From: Callorhinchus milii
Taxonomy: Eukaryota
DNA: 64,000 nt
Direction: 5' to 3'
NCBI RefSeq assembly: GCF_018977255.1
Contig: NW_024704743.1
Coordinates: forward strand, 93,808,001 to 93,872,000
Part shown: in pieces, positions 37,006-50,544 of the stretch
How positions within the stretch are numbered: position 1 is the first letter of the stretch
Layout: every line of letters begins with the position of its first letter
The notes under the pieces: model-generated
The model's database searches: none
What the model saw: the letters and a program-made list of their open reading frames with translations, nothing else
What the model was told of the DNA's origin: nothing
Program-made: the position numbers and the translations under genes

Positions 37006-37327
37006 AATAATAATAATAATAATCCTTGCATTTGATATAGTGCTTTTCATGTCTTCTAGATGTCTCAAAGCGCTTCACAGAATATGCTGTAAAGTAAATT
37101 GATCATATATTTGTGGGCGAAACGCAGCAGCCAATTGCGCACAGCAGTGTCCCACAAGCAGTTGTGGATTGAAAATGACCATTTTATTATTGTTTTGTTT
37201 TTTGGAGGGATTATTATTAGGCGTGTGGAGTAAGGAAACTTGCCCAAGGTTTCGCCCTGTCTGGAATTGAACCCAGGTGTTTCACTTGCAAGGCGAGTGC
37301 TCTAACCACTGAACTACAGGACTCCAC
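37006..37327 (-). mobile_element. tRNA-Ala-derived SINE, full length, short form
   Basis: Near-consensus match to the other copies. Confidence 0.95.
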
Positions 37328-37334
37328 CATAATA

Positions 37335-37580
37335 GTGAACGCAGCAGTCAATTTTGCATGGTAATGTCCCACAAACAGCTATGAAGTGAATGAACAATTT
37401 TATTTGGAGACTGTTGGTCAGGACACCAAGAGAAAATCCCTTCTCTTTTCAAATTGTGCCATGGAATCTTTTAAGTCCACCTGATCAGACACACAGGATC
37501 TTGGTTCTTGGTGCCACTGAAAGACAGCACCACCAATAATACAGGGCTCCCCCAGCACTCCACTGGGATCAGCCTAGAAT
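37335..37580 (-). mobile_element. SacSINE1-like Deu-SINE fragment
   Basis: tgtcccacaaacagctatgaagtga..gtgccatggaatcttttaagtccacctga. Confidence 0.75.
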
Positions 37581-38542
37581 CCCAACATACAGTAATGAAG
37601 TTAATGATGAAACACTCACCTTGTCGTTTGCCTGTGACATAATCACGTCCTGAATTTCTCAGTTCCCCTTTACTCCCCAAAAAATGTTTACCAAGATTTA
37701 TTCTTGAAGGCAATATCCCTTTAAACATGTGACGAATTGAAAAATATAATCCTTTAGCGTAACTGTTAGCATCTCGACTTTGAAGTATTTACAAAGCCCT
37801 TACATCACCACAAGTCTACAATTAGACCAGAATTAGATTCCCATGGCATTTCTATTGCACCTTATCCCACACTAAGACATGTGCCTCAAATTATATACCA
37901 GAGCCTGCTGCATCTGGACAGAGAGACAGCAGAGAGTGAAAGAGGATCTTTATTAGTCTCTTTATTTACAAGGGCTTGATTTGGATAAATTTGCTGCAGA
38001 GCTACTTTCAAACTAGTATCAGACGATTTCTTCATTTTTAACTCAACTGTACAATTGAATTATTTTTTTAAAATTGTTTGAACAGTACATTCAGTTCAAC
38101 AGCAGTTGCAAGTTCACAGCAAATGCACACTTACAGTGGTGCGGCAAGCTGGATTCCAATTACATGTGACACAAAGACAGCTGTTCCTTACAGAGGACTA
38201 TCTCAAAGAAAGTACAACAACATTTTCAGTTAATAATACAATCATTGCATTTGAAATAGAGCCTTACCGCGTCATCAAAGTGTCTCAAAGCCCTTCACAG
38301 AATTTACTGTAATGTGCAGTGACTATAATTTTGGCAAACACAGAGGTCAAGTTGCAGTATCTTCCTTGTGGGGCGAAGGTAAATAGGGTGTCTTTGGAGC
38401 TGAACAAGCTTCAAGGTGGCAGGCTTTGTAACGTAATGTCGGAATCGAGATACGGTGGTCTTGGTGGTCTGATTTCCAAGCCAATCGGGTCCGAAGTATT
38501 CCGGGGAACTGTTGATGACAGCACAGCCAGCCTGGCTCATCA

Positions 38543-39065
38543 TCAACAACAACAACAAGATTTCATTTATAGAGCGCCTTTCACGTCGGGAGGACGTTCC
38601 AAGGTGCTGGACAGTTGGGTCAGGACCCGAGCAGGGGGGAAATGGTCAGGGTGAGGGGAGGGAAGGGAGGGAGCGAGAAGGGGGTAGAGAGTCGAGAGGG
38701 GAGCTGAAGGCACAGTCAAAGAGAAAGGTCTCGAGACCGGCCTTGAAGGACGAAAGGAAGAAAGCAAGGCAAAGGCACTGAGGGATGGAGTTCCAGTGCC
38801 TAGGGGCTGAGAGGCTGAAGACCCGGCCACCGATGGTAGGGCGGTTAGGGTGGGGGATGTGGAGCAGACCGGAGCCAGAGGAACGGAGGGTACGGGCGGG
38901 TAAGTAGGGGGATAGTAGGTCAGAAAGGTAGGAGGGAGCAAGGTCGTGAATGGCCTTGTAGGTGAGGATGAGGATCTTGAATTCGATCCTCTGGTGGATG
39001 GGAAGCCAGTGGAGGCGAGCGAGGGTGGTAGTGATGTGGTCGCAAAGCCTGGTGCGATCAGCACT
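38543..39065 (-). mobile_element. Young L2 3' fragment
   Basis: Highly similar to 54381-54822 and 63750-64000; CpG-rich; (TTG)n tail. Confidence 0.93.
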
Positions 39066-40695
39066 ATGTGGAGAGGAAGATCAGTGCTGGAGGAGAAGAA
39101 ATTTCCCACTTAGCCCCTATTAGCTTTGCAACCTAAATTCCTAAAAGGTAAGGTGGTCCTGGAGAGACAAGCAGCAAGAAACAAGTCAGCCAGTTCTTTC
39201 AATGGGAAGCTATGCAGTTTTAGCTGGTTAAACTCCAATAGTACCCCAGCAAACACTCTAGGTTTCCCAAGCCAAGTTGGGTTCCCCTTTCAAACCTGCC
39301 CTAATGGTGGTCGAACACCTCAGGTCAAACCCCTGCACCAAAATGAGGAGGGATATCAGACCTATAGCTAGTGAATAATTAGCAACTGGTTTTACTGACT
39401 TTCAGCAATGTGGAGACATGTCACGTTTTTCATCTCAAAAGCCTTTATTTTATTAGTTAATGTGAAAGCTGCTGCACATGAAGACTGTAGAATGAAACTC
39501 AAATGAAAAAAAACAGATGTGTCCCGTAGTGGCTTATTTTGCTGCCGATGTTCATATTTCTCTTCATATAACATTAAGCATGAGAATATCTAATGATGCA
39601 GTACATTTGGCATTCAGTACACATCAGGTGATGGGAAGTTTGTGCCTTCCCTATTGGTACCCCAATATAATCTCTCAAAATCTTTTTGTACTCCCAGCAA
39701 ACTAACAGGGTCAATTACCTAATATAAAGTGGTAGGGGGGACCTGTACCTCAACTTCACAACCATACCTTAGGTTCCTCCAATCCATATGCCACTCTGTG
39801 TAAGAAGATGTAAGATTGCCTTACTGTCAGGTCTCCGCTAACTCATGTCTTTGCTGCTTTGATCAATTCTGTTCTCACAGTGTCTCATATTCCTGTCCCT
39901 CCACAATTAGCATTCCTCACAGTTTGCCATAGTTAGCAAGTCCCATCATGCACTTTATACTCACAACCTTCGGCTCTCACAGAGGAGTCTCGGGTTTCTT
40001 ACACCATAAAATAAAATACAATATTGTTACATGAAGCATAGTTTCTTAGTGTGGCCAGTACTTTGTTTGATTTTCTCATATAAAGTGGAATTAATGATAC
40101 AATGAACAGGAAATGGTTTGGCCTTTTGGAATGCTTTCTCTCATTTATAATAAGCCCGGGGGAAGCTTCTGACGCAGGCAATAATGCCAGTATTTTGAAG
40201 GCAAAATGTGCTCCAACATACAGTGCAATTGGTAGTGAAAATTGCCCCCTCCCTCTCCAGAGGCCTCTTGCATTTATAGTGCTCCGAGACGCTATCCTTT
40301 ATATAAATGCAAATTGCTGTCATTGTTGTTACTGTAGCACATCCACTGCTCTCTGTCCCAGATGGTTGGAGGCTAACTTGCTCCTAGGTCCCTTTCAATG
40401 CTGCCCTTCAGTAAGCCTCTTTAGTAAAATCTTGTGAAGCATTTTGAGACATCCTCCTGATGTTAAAGAAGCTATAGTAAATGTAAGGATTCTTATCATG
40501 CATTTTTTCATTGGAGTTCTTCTTCAACTCCAATATCTCTGCACAATTCAATCAAAGATTGGAAACACTGCATGCTTTCACATCTATCCACATTGCATTT
40601 GAATTACAGACACACTGGCTCTGCCGTGGTAGTTTTACCTGAAGAAATCAATCAAATTACTTTACAATATAACCATTCATAATAAAAGGGTTCTA

Positions 40696-41148
40696 ATAAT
40701 AACTATTATTAATAATAATACTTACATTTGGAACAGCGACTTTCATGTGAGGAGTACCTCCCAAAGCACTTCACAAGGTATACTGTAAAATGCTGTGACT
40801 GTGAATTTTGTGGGTGAAAGCAGCAGCCAATTTGTACACAGCAATGTCCCACAGACAGCCATGAAGTGAGTGACCAATTTATTTTTGGGGATTGTTGGCC
40901 AGAACACAGGGAGAAACTCCCTTCTCTTTTTGAATAGTGCCAAGAGATTTTTAACATCCACCTGAACAACCAGACGAGACCTTGGCTTAATATCTCATCC
41001 AAAGGACTTCCAACAATGCATTGCACTCCCTGTAATGTATTAAAATGTCAACTTAGACTATATAAGGTCAAGGTGATGATGTGGAACTAGAACCCACAAC
41101 TTTCTGACTCAAAAGCAAGAATGCTGTCAACTGAGCCAGGTTGACACA
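40696..41148 (-). mobile_element. SacSINE1-like Deu-SINE, full length
   Basis: Head gtgtcaacctggctcagttgacagcattcttgc..gagtcagaaagttgtgggttc, Deu-like body, L2-type tail. Confidence 0.88.
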
Positions 41149-41752
41149 CAAATGTAAGAATGTAATAGAGGAAGAGAATAAACTGTTGAGCCATAGAGTC
41201 CATGCATCACTGTGAACTCAATCTAATATGGCACCTTACTCATCAAACTTACTCAGTCACACTGGTACTTGCAACACTAACTTCTTTCCCCTGGAGGATA
41301 AGTTAACATATTCCCAATTCTTAATGAGTTCATTTTACCCCAAGTATCTGTTTCATTTCATGATATTCCTGTCACGTTTGGTTTATTTTGGACATACTTT
41401 TTCAATCGTAAGAAATCTGCCAGGGCCTTCAAGGAACGCCCTGGGAGATTTAACACAGCTGCCCTAATAGAGCTATTTATTCACTGAAAGTTCTGTGCTT
41501 TGTTACTTAGCTCACCATCATTTCCATCCAATGTTGGGCTTTACAGATGTTTCAGGATACAGATGTCAGCACCATCACTGGTATTTTTAATTGAAAAGCT
41601 ACAGCCTCTCCGGGACTTCTTTATTCTCAAATTTAAGATATGAGAATCTGCCTGTTTAGACTTAATATCACTGACTCATCCATTGCTCCACGTGTTGTTC
41701 ATTCATCTTCTTATCCCTTACCCATCAAACTACATTTTGGGGGGGCGGGGGG

Positions 41753-41905
41753 CAGCCAGGTGTCTGACACATGCAGACACTCTTAAGAATATCCAAACCA
41801 GACTGAGAGTTCCATGTATGCCACTTACACATGGAGATCCCCGTATGTCTGGAATGAGCACTCTCTCCCCTAAGCATACCTACTTACTGAAAATATTAGA
41901 CAGGT
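41753..41905. repeat. Partial copy of the unclassified repeat, inverted relative to 2030-2190
   Basis: cagccaggtgtctgacacatg and ccacttacacatggagatccc match the reverse complement of 2168-2188 and 2090-2110. Confidence 0.75.
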
Positions 41906-44002
41906 TGGCACAACGTTGGCAAGAGCGGGTCACACACTTCACTCCCTTCATGGTGGCTTGTGGGATTTTACTGCAAGCAAAATTGGCTGTCGTGTTTGCC
42001 TACAAAACACGAGTCACTACAGTTTACAGTATATCCTGTGAAATCCTTTGACACTTGATGTGAAAGTCACTGTATGAAATGTAAGAATTATTATAATTAT
42101 TATTATCAAAACAATCAAGGAGAGTCATTAAGCACTAACCTGGACCTTCCCATAGAAAGGGTGAGAAAATACAAGGGAGAGTCACCTCGGTTTCGTATGG
42201 CAAGCTCCGTGCAATCAATTACACAGCAGCATTCCCTAAAGCCAAGGAGCAAGTCACCTGTCTGCCTGCTGCATACCAGATTAAAAGACAATTCAAAACT
42301 GCTGAGTACACTAAATCCAAGCATTGGTTTAAATACCTCTTGAACACAAAATATGTTATTACAGTCATTTTCTTTTCTTTGAACTCGGGCCTACATTTTG
42401 TTCCCATTCATAAGCAAACAAATTATATAATAAGCTTATTCCTAGACAAGACTTCTCATGCCTTTCATAATGTATCAAGGAAGACATTGATACAGAGGGA
42501 TTAAAAATGAGGGTGGATCGATGGGTGTGTCAGGATGCTAGCACCCATCACCTTGAAAGGCTTGACTTGTGGAGATCATGTAAGTGGTAAAAAGATAGTA
42601 ATCGTAGCTTCAGCAAATGCCACTCAATATAAGGTGGAAGTAGTACTTGCTCCCCTTTCTTAGTGGAGTAAGCAGTCTCATGATCTGAAGGTACTGACTT
42701 CAATTCTCAGAAATAGCAATGTTTTGAATGTTTAAAGTAAGACAAATGGATACACTGCAGCCAGCCCTGTTACAACGTGGTTTCTTTATAGTGCACATTT
42801 GATTATAATGAGGTTGCAATGCACATGTATGCAACTGGACTGCTAAAATGACCAACTTCCTGGTCATTAGGCCACCACCAATGTTATTTCCTGTTTTACT
42901 GTCATGTCACCAGCAACTTGATAATCCTGAAGTCAGCCATTTTTTTCTACAGGAAGATAAAATGGACGACTTCTGGATCATTAAGTCGCAGAGTCAGTTC
43001 CTGCTTTTCACGTTCACAGAAAAGCAGGAAGTGATGTTGGCGGTGACCTAATGAGCTGGATGTTGCCCATCCTTGCGAACAGTCCCAATGTGAAAGGAGT
43101 TATTATTATTGCCCCAAATATTTTGTAAAAGTGTCTCTAAAAACCATATTAGAATATACCATTGGTCGCCTCTCTGAAAGCCTCAGTTAGACCAGAGGTG
43201 GAAAGGTTTGTTCAGATCCAAGCAATTACATTTTTTGCAAATGCCATTACTGTTCAAGAGTACAACAAAGTACTGAACAGAAAAAGTGCATTATAGGCTG
43301 ATTTGTTTTTAAAAAGTCATATAAATGTACTATTTGTCATACAAAATATTTTACTTTTGGGTGTACTGTTTTAGAAAAATGATATTCCAAGTAATGTTCT
43401 GTACCTCATGATGTTTTACAGTATGGAAATAGAACTACCTATTTCAACAAACATGAATCCATGACTCTGAAATTAGGCAAGGTTTGTGTCCCAGTTTTGA
43501 GTTCCATTCCAGACACTAAACAACCTTTGATGTTTGGCCTGTGGGGAAACATCATGAGTCTTGCACCTGAGGCAAAGGCATTTCGAAACAAAATAGATGA
43601 AGAGCGGAGAAAATGATGCAGACTTTAATGTTCTGAACATTATCTTTGGAAAGAAGTACAAGGCCATATGGGTGACTGCATTCACCACTGAGTATTCTCC
43701 AAACATGTGATAAAGACAAAGCTTCCAAGAATCATGTGTATATTTGATGTGCATGAATAGTAATTTCATTGGCCACAAGATTATACTTCCCGTGAATGAG
43801 AATCCCAAATGATAATTTACATGTGTGAAATAACACTTTAACAGTTGGCAGAACAAGCATAATGGTTCACTTAGGTTTCTAGCAGGAGCCATGTATCCCA
43901 AAAATAAACAGTGCATCTCACCACTAAAAGTGAGTTCCAGACTTTCTTCAGCTTTGATGAAAGACTGTTGCAGCTCACTTAATCTTATAGCCTCATACTA
44001 TG

Positions 44003-44390
44003 TGCGTCAGTTTGGTTCAGTTAATAGCTCTCTTGTCTCTGGGCCAAAAGGTTGTGAGTTCAACCCCTACATCAGTTCCTGAGCTCAAACTCTAGCCTGG
44101 TATATTGTGCTGAACTGGGGAGCACTGGGTTTCAGAGGTGATATCTTTCAATGAGACCTTCACCTGAAGTTTTATCTTCTGTTCAGGATTCCACGACACT
44201 CTAATAAACGTGTTTGTCCAGGGTTCTGGCTATCAATTCTCCAGATTAATTAGTCATTTACCTTATGACTGTTTGTGGGACCTTGCTGGTGCAAATAGCT
44301 GTCACAACTGCCTACTAAAGCAATCATTGCACTGCAGTTCTCTCACTAATTCAAAGAGATAGGGTGTGATAAAATGCAAGTCTTTTTCTC
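44003..44390 (+). mobile_element. Decayed SacSINE1-like Deu-SINE
   Basis: gtcagtttggttcagttaatagc..aaggttgtgagttcaa..gactgtttgtgggaccttgctg..aaatgcaagtcttttt. Confidence 0.75.
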
Positions 44391-45231
44391 TGTATAACAT
44401 TTTCTAATGTGACCTTTAGTTATGATGCTGAGGCATTTCATAGAACAACAACAACCAACAAAATTACATTACACAATCACGTCGGAAGGACGTCCAAGGC
44501 GCTGGCAAACATAGAAGGGAAAATGTAAAGTGGTACACAAGTCAAAATGGTAACAATTTAACCAACCCTAAAATAACAATGTTAAGAATCACTGCCATTT
44601 TGTCTTGTAAACTGTACAAGCACAACTCCACCATAAGCTCCCTCTCCTTCTTCAATTCACTTCAAGATGTAATGGTTCAGATGACAGCTCTGGCAGTATT
44701 ACAAGTTATTTTTCTGCACAAGCTGGTGTACATCACAAGATAACTGTATGTAGTTTGGCATCATGTTACAATACTAACTACCCTGACTATCCTTTTCTCA
44801 ATGAACTGTGCTTAATGTGTACAGAATGGCTTTTACAGATTAAAGGATAAAGCAAATGATTCTCATCTTCACAAAAATTCATGCTCACCATCTGCAAAGA
44901 TAACAGTTTAATATTAGATGATTTATGTGATGTGTGTAAACCAAGTTAAGTTGCCTGTGAAAATTACTTTATTTTTCTGAATTCAACAAGATGGGAAGAC
45001 TGAAGTCAAAATAAAGTCATCTCTGAGGTCCAGAGTACTAAAAATGCTGTACTTTTAGCAGTGCAAAGTGACTTGAAAAAGCAATCACTCACTAGTAATC
45101 ACACTCAGTACTTATAGGATCCCTTTGTGTTCGCTCACTGTGAATTTGCATTGGCCCAGTTAACGCTGGAAGCAGAGCTCCAAACTCAAACATTTCTGTG
45201 GATCTGTCGGCTATCAAACATTTCAGCTTCC

Positions 45232-45955
45232 ACATAAACTAGGGCTCTTCAGCCTTGAAAGAAGTGACCTTATAGAAGATGCTAAATGGGATGGAGAAGC
45301 AAACCAAGAACAATACATTCAGAGGATCAAGTTCAAGATCCTCGTCCTCACTTTCAAGGCCATCCATGGCCTTGCCCCCTCTTACCTCTCTGACCTGCTG
45401 GCTCCCTCCGTTCAACGGGCTTCAGTCTGCTCTATGTCTCCCGCCCTACCATCAGTGGCCGGGCTTTCAGCTTCTCTGCCCCCACACTCTGGAACTCCAT
45501 CCCACGGTCCCTTTGTCTCGCTTCCTCCCATGCCTCCTTCAAGACTGGTCTCAAGACCCTTCTCTTCAACCATGCCTTTGGTCTCCCTCCCACCTCTCTG
45601 CCTTCCCTCACCCCTACACCACCCCTCCCCCATGTTCGAGTCCCGACACCTGACTGTTCAGCACTTTGGGACGACCTCCCGACGTGAAAGCCACTCTATA
45701 AATGTGATTTTGTTGTTGGTGGTGTTGTTGTAAGAGTCAGAGGTGTGAAGGAATTTTTTAGGACAGACATGAAGGTTTTTTTTGTACAGAGGATAATCAA
45801 CAGCTGGAATCAGGAAGGGTGGTCCAGCTGATGACATGAGGCTCATTTACGAATCAGCTTGATACTGTGATGGGAAGATGGTAGAGTGAGTATTCTGAAA
45901 GACTCGGTTGAATGAGCCGAAGGGCCTCCTTCATCTACACCTCACTTGTAATCCT
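45232..45955 (+). mobile_element. Decayed CR1 3' end interrupted by the L2 at 45320-45731
   Basis: aaactagggctcttcagccttgaa (KLGLFSLE) before the L2; atgagccgaagggcct, a CR1 3' stem motif, after it. Confidence 0.65.
45320..45731 (+). mobile_element. L2 3' fragment
   Basis: aggatcaagttcaagatcctc.. through tail gacctcccgacgtgaaagccactctataaatg..(TTG)n. Confidence 0.9.
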
Positions 45956-46859
45956 GTGGCTTAACTGCACAGGATCACAAGTCCAAGTTGTTGTTGTTGT
46001 TAACTTTTGTTTATGTTTTAACTATAGTTTCACTGCAGGCGAAAAGCAGAGAAGAGAACAGAACAGAACCACTCCAGAAGTTCCAAAACAATGGCACATT
46101 AAAATAGAGGTCAGATATTTACATTAGACAATGCACTATAATCTGTTTTATTGGTCATTCCAATGCTTATTTCAAGTTAAACCTATTTACTATGGATAGG
46201 GAAGGTATTCGGCCAAAGATGCAAGCACACGTAAACATGTCTGGGCTGTTCAGGATAAAGTTAGCTCTTTTCAATTTCTTCAATTTCAATTTCAAAATCT
46301 GAACCACTTCTCAACACCCAACCTGACCTAAAACATGGAGCCAAATGAGCTTTACACTTTTAGTGTTGCTTTTGGCTCAGTTGTTTCAGTGATTTGAATC
46401 TGGCTTCAACTTTGATTGGGCCAGGGTCAGCTTCAAATCCAACAGAAACAAACATCCCAAGCTGGGTTGCTCATCCTTACTGTTTCACTCTAAACATTGA
46501 GTGTCATGATCTGGACTCCCTTTCAGAATCAAATAGGTTACAAGGATTCATAACCAACTTTAGCATCCTGTCTTTCTTGTTTTTTTTATTCTACATTTTG
46601 TTGAAATAGTGCTGAGTGCTGACTACATCATGGGGAGAATTAGTTCAGAAAACTTGTTAAGTTTGGGAGGTTAAAGGAGCTGAATGAAGATTAACGTTCA
46701 TTCATTATTAGCCCAGGCTCCTTTAGCAATTGTGCCACTTCCACTCTGTAAGTGCATAGCTCTCTAACGCTCTCCTCCTAACCCTTCCTGAACCCTTCAG
46801 TTGAAATCTAGACTCAATTGCACTTCCTTCCACTCTCATTTGGTTCAAACATAGCCATG

Positions 46860-49157
46860 AGTGCCAGCCCTCTCCCCTCTGTGCTGTCTCCTCTCCAGCC
46901 TGCGGGCTGACGATGTCCCTCTAATCACTCTGCTCCCAGTCTTGGTGTGCACGTTTGGCTGCCCCCCATGACTCGTGCCACCCCCACCCAAAATGCCCCC
47001 GCTCCTACTCCCCACCCTTCTTTACTCCCACTCAGTCCTTCGCTCCTACCACCCTCCCCGTCTTCTCTCCTTCCTGGACCCTCCCACAGCCTTCCTCTGC
47101 TCCGGCCTGGGCAACCTCTGCCTGGGTTAACCACGGCACTCATCAATGGTTGTCCCAGAGCAGCCATTCCAACTGTCACATCACCCACTTAGTACACAAG
47201 GGCCACCTCCCCCACCCTTCTCTCATCCACATCCTTCCCACTCTCCCCCTTCATACTCGGCAGCGTTCCCCCCCACAATCTAAACCACCCGACAACTCTG
47301 CCCGCCTCCACTCACATTGGCCTCAAAAATGTCTGCTCCCTCTCAAATAAAGCTCTTACAATCCACAACCTCATCCTAAACATGAAAATATACATTCTCG
47401 GACTCACAGAAATCTGGCTACCGCCCAGTGACCCCATCCCTCCCCACCTGGGTACACTTCTCACCACACACCCCGCCCCAACCAATGTGGTGGCAGGGTG
47501 GCCCTCATCTCTCAAACCTCTCTTGGTCTATCCCCCTATTCCTCTGTTTGTTTCCTCTCTTTTGATCACCTCACCCTTTACCACCCTTCAAAATCCTCCT
47601 ATCACAAACCTCATCGCTCCTTCCTCGTGGATTTTTCCTCTCTCCTCTCATCCCTGTCCCTCCACACAAAACGCCGGCTCATAATGGGCGATTTCAACCT
47701 TCATCTCAATTACCCCCTGCCCCATCTCCTGTGACTTCGCTGCCCTCCTCTCCATTCTAAACCTCACCTTCACCTCCCACATCACCCCTCCCCTGCCCAC
47801 GCACCTCCGCCACCACCCCACCCATCCCCAAGCCCTCCAGCATCTTTTTCCACCCATTGATAAAGCTTCCCCCGAATCTCCCGCAAACATCTTCTCATCT
47901 TCGGCCTTCCACCCACAGTAATCCAGGCGCAGCCATCAAGCTGCTAAACAATTACCTCTCCTCAACCTTCAATTCACTTGACCCTCTGAAAGCCAGGTCC
48001 ATCTGCAAGCTTACTCTCTTCCCTGGGTTTAACAGTCACCTTCCCTCCCTCGAATTCCAAACCCAGTTGCTCAAGCGCAGATGGCCCAAAACCAGCCTCG
48101 CGGTTCACCGCCAACTGTGGTTCGAGCATCTTCATACCTACCACTGCTCCCTCTCTCAAACCTAAACTGCTTTTTACTTACAGGTCATTCTCAAGGTCAA
48201 AAACAACCCCAAAATCGTGTTCTCCTCCACACCCCCTCTCAAGCACCCTTGATCCTCGCTTCTGATACCAAGTGCGATGAGGACCTGGACATCTTTATTT
48301 CTAAGATAGATAACATGCCAGGTTTCCTCCCCTTCCTCCCCCACACCCATGCTGCCTACCAACCCCCATGTCTCCTTCATCACCCTCTCCTCCTACACTC
48401 CTTTGCCCCCACCTCTCCGTCCTCCCTTTCCCCCACCATCACCTAGCTGAAGCCCACCATCTGCTGCCTCGACCCCCTCCCCACCAGCTGCTGGTCACTC
48501 ACCTACCCCTCCTCTGCCCACTGCTGGCTGACAAAATCAACCAGTTCCTCTCCTTAGGCTCTGTCCCACACCCCCTCAAATCCCCTGTCATCACTCTTTT
48601 TTTAAAAAAACTACCCTCGATCCCTCCAACAAATTTCAGACTCATTTCAGACCTGCCTATCCTGGCCAAAGTTTTGGAACGCAAATCAACTTTGCTTACA
48701 CCTCTCCATCCACAGACATAGGGTCAACTTCGAGATATATGTGGATGACACCCAAATCTACTTCTCCTCCTCCAGCTGCAACACCCAGTCCACTGATGTC
48801 CTGTCAGCTTGTTTGACAAATATCAAGGCCTGGATAAGTACAAATTTCCTGCAGCTAAATGTTGGCAAGACGGAATCCATTGTCTCCCATCAACGTCTTC
48901 TCTCCTGCGGGTCTGAACTTCTCAACCTCCCCGTGCTCTCCATCAGAACTCACAAACCTTTGCGCAACTTAAGCGTCAGGTTCAATCGCCAACTTTCCTT
49001 TCTACCTCACATCCATTCCCTGACCAGGACTGCTTTTTTCCACCTCGTCACATTGGCCGCCTTCGTCCGTATCTCACAACCAAAACAGCTGAAACCCTTC
49101 TCCACACCTTTGCCACTTCCCGACTGGACTATTCCAATGCCATCCTCGCGGGTCTTC
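46860..49157 (+). mobile_element. Decayed L2 LINE relic (APE endonuclease and partial RT), frameshifted
   Basis: Motifs [58 protein letters not shown]. The central RT block (LDLS..PQGS) is missing. Confidence 0.9.
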
Positions 49158-49785
49158 ACAGAATTTACTGCAAAGAGAATTGGTGATTCATCTCAATGCT
49201 GTTCGTGGGACCTTGCTATGCGCAGAATGCTTGCCTAGAAAAACAGGCACTACACTTGACAATAATTACTGTAAAGCACACTGAGATGTTTTGACGTAAT
49301 AAAGTGCCATAAAAATATATTTCTTTGTATTTTCCTTTCTACTGTGATTTCACCAACAATTTATGAAAATTTGGATCAATTTTCTGTACAAATAAATGGA
49401 ATGTCTGCATTTCTCTTCACTAGATTCTCTAGGATTTAAGGATTAAATTCTACTTTATCTGACAGTATTTGCTTTAAAATGCTGCTGAATATTTGAATTG
49501 GTTGGGACGGTGGCAGTGGGTGTCACTGTAATTCTTTTAGCTTTCTCCAGCTTTCAGTACAAAAACATACCAGGACTTTTTACCCTGAACTCATTTCCTG
49601 TTTCCCAGGCACAACTCTTTTATAACACAGTGCAGGTTCTGCCCTTCTTGCTTTGTTCCCGGAACCTTGCAACCCCCTCCCCAACATACACACACACATA
49701 CTCTGACCCCTATTTTAAAATAGATCCAATTCCCAACCCCAACTCAGATCCCATTCTGGGTCCAAATTATTTTGCTGGATCTGTC

Positions 49786-49810
49786 TCACACACACACACA
49801 CACACACACA
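49786..49810. repeat. (CA)n microsatellite
   Basis: Directly visible. Confidence 0.95.
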
Positions 49811-50261
49811 TATAGACTTTCAAATGTGGCAACATCAATGGAAAATGTGCCTGTCTGAGAATATTACCCGACTGCTCCCTTTGAAAAATAACGCTGAGTC
49901 AAATATAGTTCGTCCATAAAATACAGAGTCAATCTACTTTACAGTAAATTCTCCTAATGATAAAGGCTCTGTACCAAATGCAAGGATTATTATTATGATG
50001 ATTATTATAGTACAGATGAAGAGGAAGACTGCAGTGCAGTGCTCCGCTTACAGTTCTTCAAATTAATTCTGCACATCTCCCAACAAGCCCCACTTAACCT
50101 CTGAATGGCTCTGTCCCGCCCTGACATTCAATCTATGACTGAATCAATGCAACAACAGAAGTGATCCTGCCCTGCCCGTTCCTTCAGCATAGGGGCAGCA
50201 CACTGTGCACCTGCTTCCAGGAATCAAGCTTAACACACAAAAAAAGGTAGATTTGATCTGA

Positions 50262-50544
50262 AGGGCGAAATGTTGGGCAAGTTTCCTTACTCCACACGCC
50301 TCTGTTTGCCTAGCAGTAAGTAGGAACCGGTTGGTCGTCAATTGGCAAATTGCTTTCCCAGGGATAAAAGTCCTTAAAAAAAAACAATAATAATTTGGTC
50401 ACTCAATCCACGACTGTGTGCAATTGGCTGCCATGTTTTGCCCACAAATATAATCAATTCACTTTACAGTATATTCTGTGAAGCGCTTTGAGACATCTAG
50501 AAGACGTGAAAAGCACTATATCGAATGCAAGGATTATTATTATT
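50262..50544 (+). mobile_element. Long-form tRNA-Ala SINE lacking the tRNA head
   Basis: agggcgaaa..gggcaagtttccttactccacacgcctctgtttgcctagcagtaagtaggaacc.. through to the (TTA)n tail. Confidence 0.9.

Noticed and set aside
38646..38690. G-quadruplex-like G-runs
   Set aside because: They are the antisense of the pyrimidine-rich L2 3'UTR and appear in other young copies, so they are not locus-specific.
43473..43916. 147-aa minus-strand ORF
   Set aside because: No recognisable domain or clear splice structure; composition typical of translated non-coding DNA.
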